From: an uncultured Acidimicrobiales bacterium
GTDB lineage: Bacteria; Actinomycetota; Acidimicrobiia; Acidimicrobiales; SZUA-35
NCBI GenBank assembly: GCA_937958015.1
Contig: CALGOA010000063.1
Coordinates: 9,079-73,078 of the forward strand
Length of the DNA stretch: 64,000 nucleotides
Reading direction: 5' to 3'
The notes under the pieces were generated by a model. The model worked only from the letters and a program-made list of their open reading frames with translations, searched no databases and was not told where the DNA came from. The translations under genes and the position numbers were made by a program. This document shows, one piece after another, positions 17,289-24,080 of this stretch. Each line of letters starts with the position of its first letter. Position 1 is the stretch's first letter.

Positions 17289-17732
17289 ATGCAAACCGAC
17301 AAGTTCATCAAGCGGGCGCAAGAATTCATCGGTTCTGACGGAAGTGTTGATCGCACGGTTGTGGTGCAACAACGGCCGATCACAGCCGTGCTCGCTGGTG
17401 CGGCCGCCTTCTTCGTGGTTTCGATCCTGTTGGCCATCATCGGAGTGGACAACATCATCGTCGCCGGTGGTTTAGGTGGCCTCGCCTTGGCGCTGGCTAC
17501 TGCCTCGATGACCAAGAACTACTACCTCGCCGGCGTGGGCGACCAGATTCAGATGATCCGCCTCAAACAGTGGAGTGGGCAACCCGAGGCTCTCCACAAG
17601 ACCCTGGCTCGGCCATTGGCGGTTGAGCCCTCGAAGGGACTGCTCACCAAGGGCATTCTCCTCGACGGCGAAAAGTACGTCGTCAGCAAGTTGTTCGAAG
17701 AGGAACTTCACGCCCTCCGCCAACCCGTGTAG
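17289..17732 (+). CDS. hypothetical membrane protein
   Basis: 147 aa with two adjacent TM helices (AVLAGAAAFFVVSILLAIIG / GGLGGLALALATASM), then a soluble C-terminal part. It is flanked by inverted copies of the repeat family. Confidence 0.55.
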   Translation: MQTDKFIKRAQEFIGSDGSVDRTVVVQQRPITAVLAGAAAFFVVSILLAIIGVDNIIVAGGLGGLALALATASMTKNYYLAGVGDQIQMIRLKQWSGQPEALHKTLARPLAVEPSKGLLTKGILLDGEKYVVSKLFEEELHALRQPV

Positions 17733-17740
17733 AGCCGCAG

Positions 17741-17850
17741 ACAACCCCGAACCGCTCCCGTCGGCCCCGAACCACCCCCAACCGCTCGATTACGACAGTT
17801 CAGGCGGTTTCATTCGCACAAAGGTCACTTCGGGCGTGCTGTGTGGATCT
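17741..17850. repeat. intergenic box repeat, locus E (reverse orientation relative to locus A)
   Basis: The reverse complement reads ...ACGCCCGAAGTGAC...ATGAAACCGCCTGAACTGTC GTAATCGAGCGGTTGGGGGTGGTTCGGGGCCGACGGGAGCGGTTCGGGGTTGT. By eye this is about 85-90% identical to 17160-17230. Confidence 0.8.
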
Positions 17851-18121
17851 GGATATCGAATCCGATCGATTGCCGCTTCTGACGCTCCTGCCGCAGAGCA
17901 GATCGCCTGCGAGGTCCCAATCCCACCTGATGACGTCTAGCCGCAAGACAAACGGGACAATCCGCCTTTGGCCCTCTGTGGGCCTGGAATCTAAGAAATC
18001 CAATACCTGAGGATGATTCAGGAAACTCCGGGCGGGGCTGCGTGTTGTTCGACCAAGACCTGCTCGCAGCTCAAGGCCGTTTCGCCGGGCGATTGGGGCA
18101 ACGATGGTACGTTTCGTGCCT

Positions 18122-19657
18122 ATGGCAGAGAAAGTCAAGCTGCGGATTGGAAGCGTGGCAAAGGCTGTGCTCGTTACGGGTCAGGCATATCAGGACCCGA
18201 AGGACGCATTAAACGAATTCGTCTCGAACGCTGCCGACGAGTACATCGCCACCGAGTTTGGTCGGATTCGCGTGATCCTTCGCCGGCGCGGCCGCTACCC
18301 GACCATCGCTATCGACGATATGGGCCGTGGAATGTCTCAGGATCGACTGAGGGAGGTTGCTCGAAACCTCTTTAAGTCGGTAAAGGCGGGAGATGACAAG
18401 ACCCTGGGTGAGAAGGCGATCGGACTTCTGGCGTTTCAACAGCTCGGCGCTCGATTGGAAGTCGTTTCTCGTGCAGAAGGAAGTGACGAGACTTGGAGCC
18501 TGAAACTCGAGCGCGGATCGGCCACGGCAAACCTCGCACTCGAAAAACGTCGGGCTCGATCGATGCCCGGTACAACGGTGTACTTGGGCCGCCTCGACAA
18601 AGAGGTTCTTCGTATGCTCACCCAACGCAAGGTGGTCGACTACCTCCGACGTCGGCGTGGGCCCGCCATCGAGCAGGGCCTCTACGAAATCGAGGTCATC
18701 GAGGGCCAGAGCTCCGAACTGGTCACCCCGGACGAACCCGAGGGGGTCAAGGTGCCTCTCAGGGCTCAGGCCACCTTGTGGGGTCCGCTCGAGTTTTCGC
18801 TGTACGTCACACCTCCTGATGGCAAGGACCGGTCGGTCGCTGTGGTCGGTCGGGCTGGTACGACGATCATCGATGACCTTTCTGAGATGGAGGAGTTTCA
18901 GACCCAGCCATGGACGGCGGGTCAGGTAACAGGTCGAATCAGCTTTCCACCGCTTCAGCAGTCAGCGGGACGCCGTGCGATCCTGCGGGACGACAGTGCG
19001 TTTCCGGTATTCCTGGACACGGTTCGTGCGATCGAGCCGTCAGTCCAAACGCTTTTGGAGCGCGTGAGGGCAGAGATCGATCGTGTCGCCAGCGACCGAA
19101 TGTCGGACGAGATTCGGAGGATCTTTGCTTCGGTTCTTCGGGAACTGGAAGATCTGGACAACCCGATGCGTAGTCCTACCGGCGGATTACTCGGTGACGT
19201 CGGTGAAGACCCGGGCGACATTGACACCGTGGGAGACGAAGAGCAGGGCGCAGGACCCACCGAGGAGTCAGCCGACTCGGATCCCCACGACGAATCAGAT
19301 CCGAGTATCGACGATCTCACCGGTCACGGCCGTCCGCCGATTCCGCCCGAACCCAAGGGCGAGGGCCGCAAGAACCGGCGTTCCCGCAAGCTGCCAACAC
19401 TCGAGCCAGACCCAGCACCGGGGGATGTCCGCAGCCGATTCGACCCCGAGGAACGCGTAGTGTTCTATTCTGAGCGCCACCCTGACTTTCTCATGGTGAA
19501 GGGAAACGAGGCTGAGCTACTGGACTACCTGGCAACGCTGGTCGCCAAGGAATATGTCGTCTACAACAACCCCATGGCAGCCGCTCCTGAACTGGCTGAG
19601 GAGATGGTTCGCATGGTGATCCGAGTCCGGCGCCATCTCATTCGTCGACGCCGCTAG
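18122..19657 (+). CDS. GHKL-superfamily ATPase (HATPase_c_3 / MORC-like), orphan
   Basis: Bergerat-fold motifs: N-box ALNEFVSNAADE, G1 IDDMGRGMS (DxGxG) and G2 GEKAIGLLAFQQLG. A long acidic disordered linker and a conserved-looking C-terminal helical module follow. The track start is 18104, and ATG at 18122 is equally possible. Codon usage is visibly less GC-rich than in neighbouring genes. Confidence 0.7.
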   Translation: MAEKVKLRIGSVAKAVLVTGQAYQDPKDALNEFVSNAADEYIATEFGRIRVILRRRGRYPTIAIDDMGRGMSQDRLREVARNLFKSVKAGDDKTLGEKAIGLLAFQQLGARLEVVSRAEGSDETWSLKLERGSATANLALEKRRARSMPGTTVYLGRLDKEVLRMLTQRKVVDYLRRRRGPAIEQGLYEIEVIEGQSSELVTPDEPEGVKVPLRAQATLWGPLEFSLYVTPPDGKDRSVAVVGRAGTTIIDDLSEMEEFQTQPWTAGQVTGRISFPPLQQSAGRRAILRDDSAFPVFLDTVRAIEPSVQTLLERVRAEIDRVASDRMSDEIRRIFASVLRELEDLDNPMRSPTGGLLGDVGEDPGDIDTVGDEEQGAGPTEESADSDPHDESDPSIDDLTGHGRPPIPPEPKGEGRKNRRSRKLPTLEPDPAPGDVRSRFDPEERVVFYSERHPDFLMVKGNEAELLDYLATLVAKEYVVYNNPMAAAPELAEEMVRMVIRVRRHLIRRRR

Positions 19658-19692
19658 GTCTATGACGGGCTCAAACGCTAAGCGCCTCTTTG

Positions 19693-19741
19693 TCTAGCGC
19701 CCTTGGCAAGAATCGAACTTGCGACGCACGGTTTAGGAAAC
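19693..19741. repeat. 49-bp direct repeat, a duplicated 3' half of tRNA-Arg (att-like, distal copy)
   Basis: TCTAGCGCCCTTGGCAAGAATCGAACTTGCGACGCACGGTTTAGGAAAC is identical to 22683..22731, which covers the anticodon loop to the 3' end of the intact tRNA. Confidence 0.9.
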
Positions 19742-19900
19742 TGCCGTGAGCGGTACCGGCCCGTGCCGACGAGTTCCGAAAATTGTCAGTTTGTCCTGTT
19801 CAGAAACGGCCCGCTTGCCGGATCGTTCCGTTCGATACCGGACGTTCCCGCCCTGTCCAGACCACCCATATGGGACAATCCATGGGACACTCCAACGTCG

Positions 19901-21373
19901 CTAAGACGCGGCGCCATACCCGCCCAGGTTGGCGGAAAGGGCCAGTTCAGACTGCAAGCCCAGCGCTATCAGGAACAAGTCGAGCGGAAGACTGCCGATG
20001 CCCGACTCATCTGGAGGTTGCACCTGTGATGGCGGCGTCACCAAGAACGATCGGCCCGAAAACTCAGGAAAGCGTTCAATGAGCCGGCCGAGTCCACTAC
20101 GGGAATGGGAGACCGAGGAACCAATCTCGAACGCCATCGGCGCACCCGGCAGATTCAGGATCAAGTCAACTTCCTCCCTCTTGTCCCGCCAATGAAAGAC
20201 CCGGGTGTTGGTGAGGATGGCCAGATTGCGCACCGCGGTAGCTACGAGGTTCTCAAGTAGATGACCAAGCTCGGTGGGGTTATCCAGCGGAGTCAACCCT
20301 CTCTGAAGCGCAGCGTTTCGGATCGCACCATCGACGAAATACAGCTTTCGCCCTCGGCGCTGGACATTCGACTCAATTCCAGAGAAGTTCGACAAGGTAA
20401 AGATCATGTAGGCCTGCTCGAGATACGAAACGTACTTATCGAGAGTGGGTTGGGCGATACCTAGATCGTTACTCACGTTGGTCGGCGACAGAATTCCCGT
20501 GACCTGCGCGGCCAGAACGTAAAGCAGCCTCTCCAGTGTCATCGGGTTGTCAACGCCAAACGACTGAGGAATGTCCTTGTAGATCGCTCGCTCAACAGCA
20601 TCGGTTCGAAGCACTCGCTGAGATCGGAGCAGTTGGTCGCCTTCGCTCTCGGGCGCGTCCCTCACCAAAGCAGCAAGAAGTTCTGGAAACCCACCCACCA
20701 GCATGAAGGCCCGGCGCTGTGCCATCAACGCCTCGGTCGTCGGCTGACCGGGCCGCAAGTGTGCGATCGTCTCGGCCAGATCACTGCCGACGTCAATCTG
20801 GGGAGGCTCAACTCCAGCCAGATTCAGGAACTCGGCAAAATGGTACGGGCCAAGGTACTGCTCGGTCCACCGGCCGATCCCACTTTCGGTTCGTCTCTTG
20901 CGCAGATCAGCTGTTGCGCTCGAAGTCGCAGCGATGCGCACCGGCCATTGGTCGTCGAAGAATGTCTTCAACCAAAGATCCCAGTCCTCGATGTAGACCA
21001 GTTCGTCCAACATCAAGTACACCGGCCGATCCGGAGTTGCGCCCGCAGCATTCATCGCCTGGCGGACCAAACGAGAGAGATCCTCCCGCATCAGCACCGG
21101 ATGATCGAGACGCATCCACCAGATTCGATCGGGCGAGACACCCTCACTGATCAGGTGGCGCACCGTCTGATACAGAACGGTTGTCTTGCCAACCCGTCGC
21201 GGTCCGAGAATCAAGTGGAATCGATGCGGATCGTCCTCCAGCAACGACTTCCAAAGCGCTTTCGCCATTGGCCTCTCAGTCGGTGGGGCGAGAGAATCCG
21301 ACACTTGTCCTCGCCGATGCCAAACGTTCTGTTCCTCAAACACACGGAGAATTTCCTCAGCGCTCATAACCAA
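19901..21373 (-). CDS. AAA+ ATPase with C-terminal DUF4143-type domain (COG1373-like)
   Basis: 490 aa. Walker A GPRRVGKTT and Walker B LMLDELVY. The overall AAA_14 plus DUF4143 architecture was recognised from sequence. It lies inside the tRNA-bracketed insertion. Confidence 0.85.
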   Translation of the reverse strand: MVMSAEEILRVFEEQNVWHRRGQVSDSLAPPTERPMAKALWKSLLEDDPHRFHLILGPRRVGKTTVLYQTVRHLISEGVSPDRIWWMRLDHPVLMREDLSRLVRQAMNAAGATPDRPVYLMLDELVYIEDWDLWLKTFFDDQWPVRIAATSSATADLRKRRTESGIGRWTEQYLGPYHFAEFLNLAGVEPPQIDVGSDLAETIAHLRPGQPTTEALMAQRRAFMLVGGFPELLAALVRDAPESEGDQLLRSQRVLRTDAVERAIYKDIPQSFGVDNPMTLERLLYVLAAQVTGILSPTNVSNDLGIAQPTLDKYVSYLEQAYMIFTLSNFSGIESNVQRRGRKLYFVDGAIRNAALQRGLTPLDNPTELGHLLENLVATAVRNLAILTNTRVFHWRDKREEVDLILNLPGAPMAFEIGSSVSHSRSGLGRLIERFPEFSGRSFLVTPPSQVQPPDESGIGSLPLDLFLIALGLQSELALSANLGGYGAAS

Positions 21374-21665
21374 TCCACCTTTTAGCCAATCTTTCCTAGA
21401 GCGTCAATAACATACTCACCAAATATGTTAATGGACAAACTACATAGCTAAAGGCCAGTTCAGATTGGCTACGGCACCCGTGCGTCACGAGTACCTGTCG
21501 AACGGACCGAAAAAGCAAGTCATTCCGATCCCGACGCTGGCGTAGTGTGAGCAAGCTGGGAATATTCGACAACGTCACTGCCGTCAGATTTATAGACGCT
21601 GGAGTTCCCCCATTTCGTGAGACACCTGAGTCTGCGAGAATGGTCTTCCAGGGAAGGAGTCCGAG

Positions 21666-21947
21666 ATGGGCACGAGAAGGTATCCCGAGGAGTTTCGTCG
21701 TGAGGCGGTGGAATTGTGGCGGTCGTCTGATCGGCCGCGTCGCCGGGTAGCTGAATCGCTGGGTATCAGCGATGGCACGCTGGTGGCGTGGATTCACGAG
21801 TTCGACCGGGACGAAGAGCCTGGCGCGCTGACCAGTGACTGGCGGGCCGAGTTGGTTCGTCTTCGTAAGGAGTTGGCTGAGGTCAAGCAGGAACGAGAGA
21901 TCCTGAAGAAGGCGGCCGCGTATTTCGCGAAAGAGACGACCAGGTGA
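21666..21947 (+). CDS. IS3-family transposase OrfA (HTH)
   Basis: 93 aa. RRYPEEFRREAVELW...ESLGISDGTLVAWI plus a leucine-zipper-like tail ending KKAAAYFAKE, typical of IS3 OrfA. Confidence 0.8.
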   Translation: MGTRRYPEEFRREAVELWRSSDRPRRRVAESLGISDGTLVAWIHEFDRDEEPGALTSDWRAELVRLRKELAEVKQEREILKKAAAYFAKETTR

Positions 21948-22538
21948 CCCCGACTGGTTCGTTCATGATCATCGAGCGGAGTTCCCTGTGAACAGGCTAT
22001 GTGAGCTCGTGGAGGTGTCGAACGCGACTTCAGTGCTGTGACGTCGAACCTGAAATGGGTTGTCGATGTCACCGAGTTCAGATGTATCGATGGCAAGCTC
22101 TACCTGGCCGGGATCCTTGACCTGCACGACCGGGGACTGGCGGGCTGGTCGATGGGTGAACGCAACAACACTGACCTCGTCGTCAATGCCCTCGTCATGG
22201 CACTCGCCCGTCGTGATCCCGATGGTGATCTGGTCCATCACGCCGACCGGGGTTCGCCCTACACCTCGATCGAGTTCACCAACCGGTTGTCGGACTGGAA
22301 CCTGACCCCGTCGTATGGGTCAACCGGCGATGCCTTCGACAACGCCGCCATCGAATCGTTTTGGGCGACCCTCAAGCGTGAGATCAACCACATCCACGGC
22401 GGCTGGCAACAACTCACCCGATCCGAACTACGAACAATCCTGTTCGACTACATCGAAGTGTTCTACAACCGCCAACGCCACCAAGCTCGACTCGAGCACC
22501 AAACACCCGCCGAGGCCTACGCTAAATCAGCAGCATGA
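21948..22538 (+). pseudogene. IS3-family transposase OrfB, N-terminally deleted (DDE/rve core only)
   Basis: The rve core is present (WVVDVTEF...LYLAGILDLHDRGLAGW...HHADRGSPYTS...DNAAIESFWATLKRE...FYNRQRHQARL). About 100 residues normally lying between the FPV..LC..L..S segment (present at ~21990, then a stop) and the catalytic core are missing. Confidence 0.75.
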
Positions 22539-22687
22539 ACTAACAATCACCCGTGTCTCACCAACCGGGGGAACTCCACGCCGACCCTAGCGAACATATG
22601 GACACTTACATGGGACACGCGATCGGAAAGACCGATACAAGCCAGTACATTCCGGCACGACAGGCCGTTGAACTGGACTTTCTCTAG

Positions 22688-22760
22688 CGCCCTTGGCAAG
22701 AATCGAACTTGCGACGCACGGTTTAGGAAACCGACGCTCTATCCACTGAGCTACAAGGGC
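22688..22760 (-). tRNA. tRNA-Arg (anticodon CCT)
   Basis: 73-nt cloverleaf folded by hand: acceptor GCCCTTG/CAAGGGC, D arm GCTC/GAGC, anticodon loop TTCCTAA, T arm GCAAG-TTCGATT-CTTGC, discriminator G. CCA is not encoded. Confidence 0.9.
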
Positions 22761-22828
22761 AGTGTCTGAGTGGAACTCAGCTCGCGAGCGTATCGCCGGT
22801 AGATCCGACGCTCACGTCGGTATCGCTC

Positions 22829-22935
22829 GAACCCACCTGAGCTGTGTCGTTGATGGCGCTGAGCCTCGCTTGAACTGCTCGAATCGAGCGGTTCAGGGTG
22901 GCTGAGGTGTGGTGGGAGCGCTTCGGGAGGGTTGG
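22829..22935. repeat. degenerate copy of the intergenic box repeat, locus D
   Basis: CGAACCCACCTGAGCTGTGTC, GAGCCTCGCTTGAACTGCTC, GAATCGAGCGGTTCAGGGTGGCTG and GAGCGCTTCGGGAGGGTTGG, lying between the tRNA and the SDR gene. Confidence 0.5.
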
Positions 22936-23703
22936 TTAGCCGGCCATGGTCAGTCCGCCGGAGACGCTGAGCACCTGTCCGGTGACGAACGAAGCGTCGT
23001 CGCTGGCAAAGAACAACACGGCGCCCGCTAGATCATCGGGCTGGCCGAGGCGTCCGATCGGAATGGCTCGGCGAAATGCCTCCCGCAACTTCTCGGGGTT
23101 CGCGGCAGCGTCGGTCACGGTGGCCAGGAGAGCAGTGTCGGTGGGACCAGGGCACACCACGTTGAAGGTCACCCCGTGGCGAGAGTGCTCCCGAGCCAAC
23201 GTCTTGGAAAAAGCGATGATGCCGGCTTTGCATGCGGCGTAAACAGCTTCGCCCGATGAACCAACTCGAGCTGCGTCGGAGGCGATGTTGACGATTCGGC
23301 CCCCGCCTCGTTCCACCATGGCCGGCAAGACGGCGTGATGCATGTTGAGGGCGCCGACCAGATTGATGTCGATCAGCCGGGACCAGTCCTCGGGTTCGGT
23401 ATCGAGGAATGGGACGAAGAGATCCCAGCCAGCGTTGTTGACCAACACATCGACGGGGCCGAGGTCGGTGACGGTTCGTTCGAGTGCGGCGTTGACCGAT
23501 TCTCGTTCCGTGATGTCGCAATCGAGCGCGATCACTCCGACGTCATCGCTGCGAAGCGAGTCGGCAACGGCCTTCGCAGCAGCAAGATCCCGGTCGAGAA
23601 CCGCGACGGCCGCTCCCTCCTGCACGAACCGATGGCACAGGGCGCCGCCGATTCCGCCCCCGCCGCCGGTCACGATCACGGTCTTGCCTTCGAATCTGTT
23701 CAC
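22936..23703 (-). CDS. classical SDR oxidoreductase (FabG-like 3-oxoacyl reductase family)
   Basis: TGGGGGIG dinucleotide motif, NNAG, and S...YAACK catalytic tetrad elements. Confidence 0.9.
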   Translation of the reverse strand: MNRFEGKTVIVTGGGGGIGGALCHRFVQEGAAVAVLDRDLAAAKAVADSLRSDDVGVIALDCDITERESVNAALERTVTDLGPVDVLVNNAGWDLFVPFLDTEPEDWSRLIDINLVGALNMHHAVLPAMVERGGGRIVNIASDAARVGSSGEAVYAACKAGIIAFSKTLAREHSRHGVTFNVVCPGPTDTALLATVTDAAANPEKLREAFRRAIPIGRLGQPDDLAGAVLFFASDDASFVTGQVLSVSGGLTMAG

Positions 23704-23790
23704 TCGGAGTCCTTCGTTCGTTGGGGAGCCTTAGACGAATCTTGCCCTCGGACGACCGCGTGTCAATTTTCGATGGCGGGAGAACCGGGC

Positions 23791-24080
23791 CCTGGCCCCC
23801 GAACCGACGCAAGCTTGATTGAGTTCGCCCGAACTGTTCGATTCGAGCGGTTGGGGAGGGTTGTGGTGAACCCGCCTGAAGTGTCGTGGGCGTACGTGAA
23901 CGCGCCCGAACTGTCGGCTGTTGGCTCGAGTCCGCCTGAACTGTTCGATTCGGGCGCTTGGGGGTGGTTCGTCGTGAATCCGTCCGAAGTGACGTGGGCG
24001 TGCGTGAACACACCCGAAGTGACGTGGGCGGGCGTGAATCCGTCTGAAGTGATCGAATCGAGCGGTTGGGGTGGTTTTGG
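23791..24080. repeat. 30-nt-phased box array with ~107-nt higher-order periodicity, locus B
   Basis: Forward boxes start at 23821, 23866, 23896, 23926, 23974, 24004 and 24034, 30 nt apart within each block, with a degenerate box at ~23791. Each block ends in GA(T/A)TCG(A/G)GCG(G/C)TTGGGG.GG.T, at 23840, 23947 and 24055. Confidence 0.85.

Larger units (their letters stand above)
21600..22578 (+). mobile_element. IS3-family insertion sequence, internally deleted (about 0.98 kb)
   Basis: Terminal inverted repeats TGGAGTTCCCCC(ATTTC/GGTTG)GTGAGACAC lie at 21600.. and ..22578. Identical CGC triplets flank both ends (21597-21599 and 22579-22581), consistent with a 3-bp target-site duplication. It contains orfA and a truncated orfB. 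Confidence 0.8.

Noticed and set aside
16617-17475. ORFs 16617..17372(-) and 17023..17475(+) translate the box array into decapeptide repeats (DSSGGFTPAA and VNPPELSxxG), which suggests a repeat protein.
   Set aside because: All frames are open across the GC-rich array. The minus ORF runs 270 nt into the ABC ATPase gene in another frame, and the plus ORF overlaps the start of the better-supported 17289 gene. The same DNA boxes occur in both orientations and in 3' intergenic spacers, which is incompatible with one conserved reading frame.
19693-19741. A second tRNA-Arg-like sequence.
   Set aside because: Only the 3' 44 nt of the tRNA plus 5 flanking nt are present. There is no acceptor 5' strand, D arm or 5' anticodon stem. 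It is an att-type duplicate, not a gene.
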